DNA of 23,631 nt, taken from the NCBI GenBank assembly GCA_050015395.1, contig JBEKBM010000033.1, positions 1 through 23,631 of the forward strand, given 5' to 3'. This DNA is from Candidatus Bathyarchaeia archaeon (GTDB lineage Archaea > Thermoproteota > Bathyarchaeia > Bathyarchaeales > Bathycorpusculaceae). Both the position numbers and the translations under genes were made by a program. The notes beneath the pieces are model-generated. The model made no database searches, was not told where the DNA came from, and was given only the letters and a program-made list of their open reading frames with translations. Numbering within the stretch: the first letter of the stretch is position 1; the number at the start of each line of letters is the position of its first letter. Shown here piece by piece: positions 1 through 10,003 of the stretch.

Positions 1-143
1 TACTGCGACTTTTGCGATTAACACATTCACTATTACTGCTGTTGCTGGAGCTAATGGAACGATTAGCCCAAGCGGTTCGGTAAGCATCAACTATGGCGCC
101 AATCAAAGCTTTACTGTAACGGCGAGTACTGGCTACCACATTG
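1..143 (+). repeat. Intragenic direct repeat, copy A (copy B at 1105-1247)
   Basis: 142/143 nt identical to 1105-1247; the single mismatch is at 128 (A vs G). Confidence 0.9.
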
Positions 144-1378
144 CTGATTTCATGGTGAATGGCACTTCAGTGTTGGGTAGCGCGGTTGATGGTAAGTACA
201 CTGTTTCTGATGTTACTGAAGATACGATGATCTCTGTGAGTTTTGCGGTTAACACTTACAGCGTCACTGTTAACGTGGGTACTAATGGTTCATCAAATCT
301 TGCTTCTCAGACGGTTAATTGGAATTCTACGCTGGACTTTGTCTTTACGCCTGATGCAGGTTACCATGTTTCTAACGTCCTGGTAAACGGAACTTCTGTC
401 GGCACTGCTAACTCTTTGAGTATAACGGTTACTGAGGATACTTCTGTCGGCGTGAGTTTCGCGATTGACACTTTCGCTATCACTGTTACTCAGGGTGCTA
501 ATGGCCTGATTACTGGTCCAAGCTCTGTTAACTATGGTGCTTATACGGCTTTCACGATTGTTCCGTCTACTGGCTACCACATCGTTGATGTCGTTGTGGA
601 TGGCGCTTCTAAGGGCGCGGTTAGTTCATACACGATAAGCAATGTTCAGGCAGCTCACATGATTACTGCGATCTTTGCGATTAACACGTACACTTTGACG
701 GTGACTCAGAGCGCTAACGGCGTCATTGCTCCTGGAACAACCACTGTTAACTATGGCTCTAGTCAAAGCTTTACTATAACGGCGAATGCTGGCTATCATG
801 TTGTTGATGTCGTTGTGGACAGCGTTTCTCAGGGTGCAGTTTCATCTCACACCTTCACCAATGTTCAGGCAGCTCACATGATTACTGCGACTTTTGCGAT
901 TAGCACGTTTATTATTTCTGCTTCTGCTGGTGCTAATGGAACGATTAGCCCAAGCGGTTCTGTAAGCATCAACTATGGCGCTAGCCAGACCCTTACCATT
1001 ACGCCTAACGCGAATCACCATGTTGCAGATGTCTTGGTGGACGGCTCCTCGGTTGGGGCGGTAACCTCGTACACCTTCACTAATGTTGTGGCTGCTCACA
1101 GGATTACTGCGACTTTTGCGATTAACACATTCACTATTACTGCTGTTGCTGGAGCTAATGGAACGATTAGCCCAAGCGGTTCGGTAAGCATCAACTATGG
1201 CGCCAATCAAAGCTTTACTGTAACGGCGAGTGCTGGCTACCACATTGATGATGTAGTTGTGGATAGCGTTTCTCAGGGTGTAGTTTCATCTCACACTGTC
1301 ACTAATGTTCAGGTAGATTTTACGAATCTTCAGGCATCTCACATGATTACTGCGTTCTTTGCGATTAACATTACATAA
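2..1378 (+). CDS. Repeat-rich cell-surface protein (tandem ~73-aa beta-sandwich repeats, divergent InlB B-repeat / bacterial-repeat-like); 5'-partial
   Basis: The frame of ORF 152..1378 is open from position 2. Repeating unit F-T-I-T-x-x-x-G-A-N-G-x-I-x-P...GYHxxDVxVD...YTFTNVxAxHxITAxFAIN; rich in Thr/Val/Ser. Confidence 0.8.
   Translation, partial: TATFAINTFTITAVAGANGTISPSGSVSINYGANQSFTVTASTGYHIADFMVNGTSVLGSAVDGKYTVSDVTEDTMISVSFAVNTYSVTVNVGTNGSSNLASQTVNWNSTLDFVFTPDAGYHVSNVLVNGTSVGTANSLSITVTEDTSVGVSFAIDTFAITVTQGANGLITGPSSVNYGAYTAFTIVPSTGYHIVDVVVDGASKGAVSSYTISNVQAAHMITAIFAINTYTLTVTQSANGVIAPGTTTVNYGSSQSFTITANAGYHVVDVVVDSVSQGAVSSHTFTNVQAAHMITATFAISTFIISASAGANGTISPSGSVSINYGASQTLTITPNANHHVADVLVDGSSVGAVTSYTFTNVVAAHRITATFAINTFTITAVAGANGTISPSGSVSINYGANQSFTVTASAGYHIDDVVVDSVSQGVVSSHTVTNVQVDFTNLQASHMITAFFAINIT
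1105..1247 (+). repeat. Intragenic direct repeat, copy B
   Basis: 142/143 nt identical to 1-143. Confidence 0.9.
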
Positions 1379-1884
1379 CAACGACAATAATTGGAATAGT
1401 ATCCAACACTACCATAGTTCCCATCACACTCGAAGGAAACATAACTGCCCAGCAAATGTTGGGTAATGTCACAATCACACCAAACCAACCCACCGCGTCA
1501 ATCACAGTGTCCTTCACAAATAACAGGATCAAGCGGAACAGTGGGCTTTAGCAACATGACCCTTCCGAAAACTGCCCTACACTACGGCACAATCCCAGTC
1601 ATATATAGGACGGCACGTTGGCTCCAGACCAAGGCTACGCACAAGACGCCAACAACTTCTACGTGTGGTTCACAACGCAATTCAGCACACACCAAGTGAC
1701 AATACAGTTCGCAGTACCTCCAATGCCGTCAGCTATATCATTAGGACTTGTGCTTGCCATCGTCATAACCGTCGCCGCAATCATTTTAATCTTCATAGTG
1801 ATAGCCATCAGACGTAGAAGACGAAAGCCTGAAACGCCACCAAAACCTGACAGCGCATTACCAAAGCCTGAAACGCCCATTTAG
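1379..1884 (+). pseudogene. Frameshifted C-terminal domain + transmembrane anchor + basic tail of the surface protein
   Basis: Three frames join into one protein: TTIIGIVSNTTIVPITLEGNITAQQMLGNVTITPNQPTASITVSFT / ITGSSGTVGFSNMTLPKTALHYGTIPVIY / DGTLAPDQGYAQDANNFYVWFTTQFSTHQVTIQF...LGLVLAIVITVAAIILIFIVIAIRRRRRK. Shifts fall near 1375, 1518 and 1608. Confidence 0.75.
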
Positions 1885-1887
1885 AAA

Positions 1888-1940
1888 CGCCCGTTTTTGG
1901 GCTCATTTTCTTATTCTCATTTTTTTATTTTTATTATTCG
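1888..1940 (+). terminator. Putative terminator (short GCCC/GGGC stem followed by T-rich tract)
   Basis: gcccgtttttgggc then tcattttcttattctcatttttttatttttatt, directly after the stop at 1884. Confidence 0.4.
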
Positions 1941-2361
1941 AATTTTAAGTCGTAGCCTGTTTTCTTGCTGTAAGAAAGCAACCATGCTCATGAAAAGAAC
2001 CCAGCGTCTTATTCAAAATTGTGGTTCCGTTTGAATGGTTCCAAATTGCATGTTAAAGAGGCAAACGGCTTGTTGAGTAAGCTGCATTGTTCTTTCTGGA
2101 CAATTAGTCAACACTCTGAAAGTTGTATTTCTGTTGCACAATTTTCCAATGTGTAAGGGATTCGGTAAGGTTTATTAAGCATATATTGAGTGTTAATATT
2201 CAATACTGTTAGGTGTTGTAACAGTTGCCTAAAACAAAGGTTCATATCCTAAACCCGACTCAAATCAATAACCGAGATTCTTCTGCAAACAAAGAAGCAA
2301 CACCAAAACTGAATACTAACCTCTTTTCTATCTCCAAAAAAATCTCAGGAGCTTGTTAGAC

Positions 2362-2622
2362 ATGGCTAAAGTCAAACCAAATGAACACATATTCGGATTA
2401 CGACTAACTTTTCACAGCATAGGCATCAGCTGTCTAGCAGGAGCTGTCTTTCTACAAGTTCTAGTGTTTATGGATATCGCCTCTCAAGGCTTCTTCATGG
2501 GCGTAGAGAAAAACCCATTGATACTATACTCCGAATTAGCTATTACCTTCTTCTGCGTCATTTACCTCCTCCACCTATCTATCTCTAGAATCCTCTCACT
2601 TCTAAATTCAAGAACAAACTAA
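2362..2622 (+). CDS. Small membrane protein, 2 predicted TM helices, unknown function
   Basis: ATG at 2362 (alternative TTG 2353); two hydrophobic segments; pyrimidine tract after the stop (2635-2653). Confidence 0.6.
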   Translation: MAKVKPNEHIFGLRLTFHSIGISCLAGAVFLQVLVFMDIASQGFFMGVEKNPLILYSELAITFFCVIYLLHLSISRILSLLNSRTN

Positions 2623-3104
2623 AGAAACCCACAACCCTTTTCTTTTCTCTTTCAACGCCATGACAGACTCACATCATAAAAAAATAAACTCCAGCAAACA
2701 ATATATTAAGTTCATGGAGGCTGCTTCTCCAGCGCGTGAGCTATAATCATCGAGAGTTCCGATAATCAGGTTATGAAGTATTTGAAAAAAATTTGGTTTT
2801 CAAACTGAACATCTGGGCGAAATTTATTACCTTGCAGTAAAATGACCATTTCAATTGCAGAAGCTACTGGTTAATTCTTCTTGAGATATTTTTAGTTGAT
2901 TAATTTTGAAAGATTATAAATTCGATGTATGTATTTAGCTCTCGTTTTTTATCTTAAGGGTATTTGTGTGTGCTCAGCCTACCTACCCGGTCTACTAGAT
3001 GAGCCTAATATGCTTCAAATATGATTCAACATAGATGTGCATAGAACGAAGACCGCGCACTTTGCATGCAGAACGGTGCTTTTCAACATGGAAAAGTCAG
3101 TTTT

Positions 3105-3764
3105 TTAATGTAGAAAAAAAGCGCTAAAGAAGAAAAAACAAGAGCTAAATATACACAATTCGATTTTTATAAAAAGCCTAGCAGAATACCTGCCGCGTAT
3201 TAATCGGAAAATCTTGCGGGGAACGGCAACGTTATGCCCTCGATAATGAAAAACACTTAGTTTAAGCCAATCCTCTTTGCTTCCCTGTTCAACTTTCATT
3301 TCTCGGATTAAACTGCATTCAGCCGCTGCTTCATTCGAGTAGTATTTTATTTGGATTTCTTCTCCAAACCGCTTATACACATGCACACTGGGGTTTAGGT
3401 CCTCAAACAAGTCTCCATGTGTAGTGGCAACAATCACAGCCTTTCCTTGTTGACGCGCAATTTTCTGCAAATTAAAAGCGATAATCTTCGCTGTATCCCT
3501 ATCTAGGCATGCGGCGAACTCGTCCATCAGCCACCACTGCTTCCCACTCTCGATGAGCTTGGCAATTCTGTAACGGTACTTCTGTCCATCACTCAATTGA
3601 TTGTATGTACGCAGAAAAAGGAAAGCATCATTCAATCCAACTCTGCTCAGTAATTCTAAACCTTCTTCTACTGTTGCGCCGACTGTTTCAATCAAGGGTT
3701 TTTCAGGATCCACGGTAACCTCGGATAAATCAACGCCTTTCAACAAAAACAGTAAACCCAGCAT
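3105..3764 (-). pseudogene. Truncated ABC-family ATPase fragment running into the start of a GNAT-like domain
   Basis: ABC signature LSDGQKYR, Walker B WWLMDEF, D-loop LD and H-loop VATTHGD are present, followed by LSVFHYRGH...KIFRL. There is no Walker A, and both ends degrade into low-complexity sequence. Confidence 0.7.
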
Positions 3765-3907
3765 TGCCCCTCATATTTAAATCACCATGAAAATTTTAGG
3801 TCTGAACTGCACAGTAAGCCTAAAACACCTGTTATTGTGCAAATTATCATCTCAACGCCACCCGAGGCGGCTCCAATAATATAAAGTTATAAAACATTAT
3901 TAGCGTA

Positions 3908-4198
3908 GTGACTGAGAGAACGCTCTCACTTATTCAGCCCAGAATTAGCTTGGAGAGAAATAGATTGATAGATAAAAAAACAATCGATTTGCTTAAGCTC
4001 AGGGCTTTTTTACTTAAGAAAGCGAGAAGTTGGCTTGATAATAATGGTTACCTTGAGGTTATTCTGTGGTTTAAAAAAGATAATTCGCACAGTGGAAAAT
4101 GCCTATATTCTTTAACGGAAAAAGGCATGAGAACATTAGATATTTACAATGTTCCATCTGGAAAATGTTTAAACGCAACTGCAGAATCCAAGGGTTAA
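3908..4198 (+). CDS. Short, probably chimeric ORF: class IIb aaRS motif-1-like N-half + winged-helix wing-like C-half
   Basis: LLKLRAFLLKKARSWLDNNGYLEV resembles Asn/Asp/Lys-RS motif 1 but stops before xTP; YSLTEKGMRTLD resembles the C-terminus of a wHTH. AT-rich TATA-like sequence at ~3877-3895. Confidence 0.4.
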   Translation: MTERTLSLIQPRISLERNRLIDKKTIDLLKLRAFLLKKARSWLDNNGYLEVILWFKKDNSHSGKCLYSLTEKGMRTLDIYNVPSGKCLNATAESKG

Positions 4199-4226
4199 TA
4201 CAGCAAACTTGGGGTAAACACTAAAA

Positions 4227-4829
4227 ATGAGTGACAATCTGGTAACAAAATTGGCGAATCCAGCACCGCTAGGACTTTTAGGCTTTGGCGTAACTACTGT
4301 TCTGCTTAACCTAGTTAACGCAGGCGCTTTTCCTCTGGACACAATGATTTTAGCTATGGGCATAGCTTACGGAGGATTAGCACAGGTTATTGTTGGAATA
4401 ATGGAGTTCAGAAAAGGCAACACTTTCGGTACTGTAGCTTTCATGTCCTATGGCTTGTTCTGGTGGAGTCTCGTGATGCTTTTGGTTTTACCGAAGCTTT
4501 CGTTCCTCAGCGGATTCAGTGCTCCTTCTGCGACTTCAATGGCGGCATATTTCCTGATGTGGGGAATCTTTACCTTCGCAATGTTCTTTGGTACATTGAA
4601 GGCTAATCGCGCTTTGCAGTTCGTGTTCATGAGCTTAACTATACTATTCTTCATGTTAACAATAAGCGAGTTAACTAACAACCCAGTTCTCTTCGGAAAC
4701 GTAACATTCAATACAATCACTGGCATCGAAGGCGTCATCTGCGGCTTAAGCGCAGTATATCTCGGAATAGCTGAAATCTTAAATGAAGCCAACCATAAAA
4801 CAGTCTTGCCGATTTACCCTACAAGCTAA
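4227..4829 (+). CDS. satP: Acetate uptake transporter, GPR1/FUN34/YaaH (SatP) family
   Basis: Signature [27 protein letters not shown]...YGLFW; ~6 TM helices; adjacent to acs. Confidence 0.93.
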   Translation: MSDNLVTKLANPAPLGLLGFGVTTVLLNLVNAGAFPLDTMILAMGIAYGGLAQVIVGIMEFRKGNTFGTVAFMSYGLFWWSLVMLLVLPKLSFLSGFSAPSATSMAAYFLMWGIFTFAMFFGTLKANRALQFVFMSLTILFFMLTISELTNNPVLFGNVTFNTITGIEGVICGLSAVYLGIAEILNEANHKTVLPIYPTS

Positions 4830-4870
4830 AAATAACTAAATTCTTTTTTTATTTTCTAAATAAAATGACT

Positions 4871-4885
4871 GAAAAACTTATATTC
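4871..4885 (+). promoter_or_regulatory. Putative archaeal BRE/TATA for acs
   Basis: gaaaaacttatattc ~30-40 nt upstream of the TTG at 4915, following a T-tract after satP. Confidence 0.45.
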
Positions 4886-4914
4886 TTTAGAGTTTACCCT
4901 TCCCAACAATTTGG

Positions 4915-6882
4915 TTGAGCGAAATGTCAGAAGCTAGTTTACCCTTCGACGAGAAGTTTAGTCCAAGTATTGCAAAATTTTCTGATGGAGAAAAACGAAA
5001 ACAAGAATGGAAGAAATCAATAAAGAATCCGCAGGAATATTGGGCGGAAAAAGCAAAAGCTATCGATTGGTTTAAGCCATTCAGCAAGGTCCTTGACGAT
5101 TCGAACCCGCCGTTTTACAAGTGGTTCCCTGATGGAGAACTAAACATTTCCTACAACGCCTTGGACAGGCACATGAAAAGTAACCTTAAAAACAAGCTTG
5201 CCTACATTTGGGAAGGCGAAATGGGAGAAGTAAAAAATTACAGTTACTATCAACTTTATCGAGAAGTAAACAAACTTGCAAAAGCCTTAAAAGAATTCGG
5301 CATCAAAAAAGGCGACCGCGTCGCAGTTTTCCTTCCCGTTATTCCCGAGTTGCCAATAACTTTGCTTGCAACAGCAAGAATCGGTGGAGTCCACATAGTA
5401 GTCTTTTCAGGATTTAGTGCTGAAGCATTAGCCGACAGAGTAAATGACAGCGGAGCAAAAATCCTAGTAACAGCAGACGGTTCCTTCCGAAGAGGAAAAT
5501 CAATCGCCATTAAAGACAACGCAGACCGTGGATTACCAAACATGCCTAATATTGAAAAAGTTATTGTTGTTAAACGGACTGGTCAACCTGTTCAGATGAA
5601 GGAAGGTAGAGACGTATGGTATAGTGATGCTCTTGCAAACGCAGGCGCAGACGCCTACGTGGAACCAGAAAGCATGAAATCTACCGACCCGCTATTCATA
5701 CTTTACACTTCAGGAACTACAGGGAAACCGAAAGGTGTTCAGCACGGGATAGGCGGATACCTTGTTTGGGCTTATTGGACGCTTAAGTGGGCTTTTAACC
5801 CAACTGACGAGGATATTTTTTGGTGTGTTGCAGACATCGGCTGGATTACTGGACACACATACAACGTTTATGCACCATTAAGCCTAGGCGTTACCGCATT
5901 CCTTTTTGAGGGTACACCTGATTACCCCGCGCAAGACCGATGGTGGGAGATAATTGAAAGGCATGGCATAACCATCCTCTACGGTACGCCAACCGCGGTG
6001 AGAATGTTCATGAAATTCGGTGAACAATGGGTAACAAAACATGACCTAAGCACCCTACGCATTCTAGGCTCAGTAGGCGAACCAATAAACCCTGAAGCGT
6101 GGAAATGGTACTACCGCGTCGTTGGCAAAGAAAAACTCCCAATAATTGACACCTGGTGGCAAACGGAAACTGGCGGATTTATGATTTCCCCCGCCTCAGG
6201 AATAGAACTCACACCGTTAAAACCTGGCAGCGCAACGTTCCCGATGCCGGCAGTCAACGCTGACATCTACGATGAGAAGGGACAGCCAGTACAAGCAGGC
6301 AATAAAGGTTTTCTAGTAATCAAATCGCCATGGCCTGGAATGTTGCAGACAATTTGGAAAGACCCCAATCGATTCAAGCAAACTTACTTTGGCAGGTGGC
6401 CAGGAATATACTATTCTGGCGACTATGCTGTCCGAGACCCTGAAGGCTACTTCTGGCTTCTTGGCAGAGCCGACGAAGTTCTCAAAGTTGCCGGACACCG
6501 CATAGGAACAGTAGAGCTTGAAAGTGCATTGGTTGCGCACCCAGCAGTTTCAGAAGCGGCAGTAATGGGCAAAGAGGACGCAGTGAAAGGCGAAGTTCCA
6601 GTAGCATTCGTTGTTCTGAGAAGCGGTTTCACGCCGTCAGAAGAGCTTCGTGCAGAACTCATTAAGCAGATTAGAACCGCAATAGGCCCAATAGCCACTC
6701 CAGACGCTGTTATTATAGTTAATAAGCTGCCCAAGACGCGAAGCGGCAAAATCATGCGCAGACTACTCAAAGCTGTACTGGTCGGAGCACCGCTTGGTGA
6801 CACGTCAACACTTGAAGACGAAGGCTCAATTGAAGACATAAAAGCAACATACAACGAGCTGCGAAAACAGGTAACTAAATAA
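4915..6882 (+). CDS. acs: Acetyl-CoA synthetase (AMP-forming)
   Basis: YTSGTTGKPKG, DIGWITGH, GEPINPEAW, DTWWQTETGG, GRADEVLKVAGHRIG, PKTRSGKIMRR. Alternative ATG start at 4924. Confidence 0.97.
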   Translation: MSEMSEASLPFDEKFSPSIAKFSDGEKRKQEWKKSIKNPQEYWAEKAKAIDWFKPFSKVLDDSNPPFYKWFPDGELNISYNALDRHMKSNLKNKLAYIWEGEMGEVKNYSYYQLYREVNKLAKALKEFGIKKGDRVAVFLPVIPELPITLLATARIGGVHIVVFSGFSAEALADRVNDSGAKILVTADGSFRRGKSIAIKDNADRGLPNMPNIEKVIVVKRTGQPVQMKEGRDVWYSDALANAGADAYVEPESMKSTDPLFILYTSGTTGKPKGVQHGIGGYLVWAYWTLKWAFNPTDEDIFWCVADIGWITGHTYNVYAPLSLGVTAFLFEGTPDYPAQDRWWEIIERHGITILYGTPTAVRMFMKFGEQWVTKHDLSTLRILGSVGEPINPEAWKWYYRVVGKEKLPIIDTWWQTETGGFMISPASGIELTPLKPGSATFPMPAVNADIYDEKGQPVQAGNKGFLVIKSPWPGMLQTIWKDPNRFKQTYFGRWPGIYYSGDYAVRDPEGYFWLLGRADEVLKVAGHRIGTVELESALVAHPAVSEAAVMGKEDAVKGEVPVAFVVLRSGFTPSEELRAELIKQIRTAIGPIATPDAVIIVNKLPKTRSGKIMRRLLKAVLVGAPLGDTSTLEDEGSIEDIKATYNELRKQVTK

Positions 6883-6900
6883 ACAGTCCTTAATTATTTT

Positions 6901-6916
6901 AAGTTAGGGCTAACTT
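6901..6916. terminator. Inverted repeat between convergent acs and dnaJ
   Basis: aagttag-gg-ctaactt flanked by A/T runs in the 53-bp convergent gap. Confidence 0.4.
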
Positions 6917-6935
6917 TAATGCGTCTAAAAAAGTG

Positions 6936-8045
6936 TTAAAAGTGGAATTTGTGGCTTTTCGTTTGCACTTCTGAATTGAATTCTTGTGCTAACTGCTCAA
7001 GAAGCGTTCGTTGCTGGAAAGTAAGTTTTTCTGGAACTGACATGCCTATGCGTACCAGTATGTCGCCTCTGCCATAAGCCCTGAAACGCGGCATACCTTT
7101 TCCCCTCAACGTTATAACTTCGCCTACCTGCGTTCCTGGATGAATCTTGACGGTTGTTGGTCCTTCAAGGGTGGGAACGGTTATTTCAGCGCCTAATGCT
7201 GCTTGTGGATAAGTGATTATGGCTACGTGCCATAGGTCGTCTCCTTCCCTTATGAATTGCTGGTGTTGCTTAACGTGAACGATGACATAGAGGTCGCCTG
7301 GTTCGCCATCGTTAGACGCCATTTCTCCTTCTCCTCTAAGCCTAAGCTGATAGCCTTCATCTATGCCCATTGGAACTTTAACGCTGATTTTACGGCGTTT
7401 CCTAACCCGTCCTGAACCACGACAAATACTGCATGGCGTTTCAATCAGTTTGCCTTTTCCTTTGCATGTTGGGCAAGCAGTCACTTGCACGTACATGGCG
7501 AAGCCGCTTTTGCGCATGTTTTGCACTTGTCCCGAACCGCCGCATCTTGGGCAAATTTTAGCGGAAGTGCCTGGGGCAGCGCCTGAACCGCCGCATACGT
7601 CGCATTTTTCGGTTCGTGGGATTTCGATTTCTTTTTCGGCTCCCTTTGCTGCATCTTCCAAGGTTATTTCAAGGTCATAAGCCAAGTCTTGGCCTACGTT
7701 GCTTCTTTCGCCTCCGAATCCCCCGCCGAAGAAAGTTCGGAAAATGTCGCCGAAGCCAGCATCTCTAAAAATGGAGTCAAAGTCGGCGCCTCTGAAAATG
7801 TCTTCTGATGTGTATCTTTGGTCAAAACCTGAATGGCCGAGGGTATCGTATTGTTGTCGTTTTTGGTCGTCGGAGAGAACAGCGTAGGCTTCAGAGATTT
7901 CTTTGAATCTTTCTTCTGCACCTGCTGACTTGTTTCGGTCTGGATGGAATTGCATTGCTAGTTTTCTGTAAGCGTCTTTAATTTGGTCTTTTGATGAGTT
8001 GCGTTGTACGCCTAGAACTTCGTAGTAGTCTCGTTTTTCAGCCAT
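6936..8045 (-). CDS. dnaJ: Chaperone DnaJ
   Basis: J-domain with HPD, G/F region, four CxxCxGxG repeats, C-terminal domain. Confidence 0.97.
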   Translation of the reverse strand: MAEKRDYYEVLGVQRNSSKDQIKDAYRKLAMQFHPDRNKSAGAEERFKEISEAYAVLSDDQKRQQYDTLGHSGFDQRYTSEDIFRGADFDSIFRDAGFGDIFRTFFGGGFGGERSNVGQDLAYDLEITLEDAAKGAEKEIEIPRTEKCDVCGGSGAAPGTSAKICPRCGGSGQVQNMRKSGFAMYVQVTACPTCKGKGKLIETPCSICRGSGRVRKRRKISVKVPMGIDEGYQLRLRGEGEMASNDGEPGDLYVIVHVKQHQQFIREGDDLWHVAIITYPQAALGAEITVPTLEGPTTVKIHPGTQVGEVITLRGKGMPRFRAYGRGDILVRIGMSVPEKLTFQQRTLLEQLAQEFNSEVQTKSHKFHF

Positions 8046-8077
8046 TAGATTTTACCGCTAAATCAGCATCTATTATT

Positions 8078-10003
8078 TTATTTGACTTTGTAATCTTCTG
8101 AATCAACCACTTTCTCTTCACCATATCCTTCAGGGCCTGGACCTTCAGGACCACCAGTTGGAGGCGGTTGCGGTCCTGCTCCTGCTTCTGGTCCTTGTCC
8201 TGGTTGTTGCTGTCCCTTCTGTTTTGCGTATTCTGCTGCTGCTTGCTGGTAAACAATTGTACCGACATCCTGCAGAACCTTTTGGAGCTCGTCAGATTTT
8301 GCTTTAACCTGCGCCATGTCGTTGCTTGCTAAGGCATTTTTCAGTTCTGTTACCGCTGCGTCAATTTTGCCTATTTGTTCCTGTGTAATTTTGCCTGTAA
8401 GATCTGTCTTTGTTCGTTCCGCCGTGTAAACTAGGCTGTCAGCGTTGTTGCGCAGTTCAGCTTCTTCCTTTTTCTTTTTGTCTTGCTCTGCAAATTGGTC
8501 GGCGTCTTTGATTAAACGCTCCTTTTCTTCTTTAGATAGCTTGGTGGATGCGGTAATCCGTATTTTTGATTCTTTTCCCGTGCCTAAGTCCTTAGCAGTT
8601 ACGTTCATTATGCCGTTCGCGTCAATGTCGAATGTCACTTCTATCTGTGGGACCCCTCGTGGTGCAGGCGGCAAATCTACGAGGTTAAACATGCCAAGTG
8701 AAACGTTGTCCGCTGCCATTGCACGTTCGCCTTGGAGCACGTGGATGGTGACTGCTGTCTGGAAGTCTGCTGCTGTGGTGAAGATTTGGCTTCTCTTAGT
8801 TGGGATGGTCGTGTTCTTGTCCATTACTTTAGTGAATACACTGCCCATGGTTTCAACACCGAGCGACAATGGTGTAACGTCAAGTAAAAGTAGGTCTGTG
8901 ACTTCGCCTGTTATAACTGCTGCTTGAATAGCTGCTCCTATGGCAACGCATTCCATGGGGTCAAGTCCACGTTCAGGTGGTTTGCCTAAGATTTGCTCAA
9001 CAAACCTTTGAACAAGTGGCATTCTGGTCATTCCACCGATTAAAATGATTTTGTCGATTCCTTGCGGCGTCAGTTTTGCGTCTTCAAGAGCTTTCAGAAG
9101 GGTAGGTTGTGTTCTTTGAACGATTGGTTGCGCTAAGGATTCCAGTTTTGTTCTAGTTAATGTTAGGTGTAGGTGTTTTGGTCCTGAAGCGTCTGCTGTT
9201 AGAAATGGCAGGTCGATGTCGGTGCTCATTAGCGTTGAAAGCTCGATTTTGGCTTTTTCCGCTGCTTCTTTAAGCCTGGGCATTGCCATTCTGTCGCCTG
9301 AGATATCTATGCCTGTTTGGCGTTTGAACTCGCCTAGAATGTAGTCCATGACTGCTTTGTCAACGTCTGTTCCGCCTAGTTGGGTGTCGCCGCTGGTGCT
9401 GAGTACTTGGAAGACTCCTTTGCCGAAATCCATTAACGTGACGTCGTGTGTTCCGCCGCCGAAGCTGAAAACGAGGATTTTCATTTCTTGCTGCACCTTG
9501 TCTATGCCGTATGCGAGGCATGCAGCTGTGGGTTCGTTGATTATTCGCATAACTTGGAAGCCTGCGATTTCTCCAGCATCTTTGGTGGCTTGACGCTGGT
9601 TGTCATTAAAGTGTGCTGGAACAGTGATGACTGCTTTGCGCATAGTGCCGCCAAGGTAGATTTCTGCGTCTTTCTTTATTTTTTGAAGTATAAATGCTGA
9701 GATTTGCTGTGGACTGTACTCTTTGCCGTAAACGTTAACTTTGTAGTCGGTTCCCATTTTGCGTTTTATTTCAAAAATTGTTCCTTCAGGGTTGGTGGCT
9801 GCTTGGCGTTTTGCCGGTTCACCTACCAAGAGTTGTCCGTCTTTTGTGAAGGCTACCACTGATGGGAACATTTTTCCCGCCATTGTGGGGCCTTCTGCGC
9901 TTGGGATAACCGTGGCGTGTCCGCCTTCATATATGGCGGCTGCTGAATTGGTTGTTCCCAAGTCTATTCCTAATACTTTTTCACTTGTTTTTTGATTACT
10001 CAT
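8078..10003 (-). CDS. dnaK: Chaperone DnaK (Hsp70)
   Basis: [53 protein letters not shown]. Lacks the N-terminal insert, as in archaeal/Gram-positive DnaK. Confidence 0.98.
   Translation of the reverse strand: MSNQKTSEKVLGIDLGTTNSAAAIYEGGHATVIPSAEGPTMAGKMFPSVVAFTKDGQLLVGEPAKRQAATNPEGTIFEIKRKMGTDYKVNVYGKEYSPQQISAFILQKIKKDAEIYLGGTMRKAVITVPAHFNDNQRQATKDAGEIAGFQVMRIINEPTAACLAYGIDKVQQEMKILVFSFGGGTHDVTLMDFGKGVFQVLSTSGDTQLGGTDVDKAVMDYILGEFKRQTGIDISGDRMAMPRLKEAAEKAKIELSTLMSTDIDLPFLTADASGPKHLHLTLTRTKLESLAQPIVQRTQPTLLKALEDAKLTPQGIDKIILIGGMTRMPLVQRFVEQILGKPPERGLDPMECVAIGAAIQAAVITGEVTDLLLLDVTPLSLGVETMGSVFTKVMDKNTTIPTKRSQIFTTAADFQTAVTIHVLQGERAMAADNVSLGMFNLVDLPPAPRGVPQIEVTFDIDANGIMNVTAKDLGTGKESKIRITASTKLSKEEKERLIKDADQFAEQDKKKKEEAELRNNADSLVYTAERTKTDLTGKITQEQIGKIDAAVTELKNALASNDMAQVKAKSDELQKVLQDVGTIVYQQAAAEYAKQKGQQQPGQGPEAGAGPQPPPTGGPEGPGPEGYGEEKVVDSEDYKVK

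Noticed and set aside
1824-1892. Short repeats gcctgaaacgcc / gaaacgccc
   Set aside because: Explained by the KPETP-repeat coding tail; too short and irregular for an array.
3855-3876. tRNA 3'-end / att-site-like GC patch (gccacccgaggcggctcca)
   Set aside because: No T-loop GTTC motif and no partner copy in the window.
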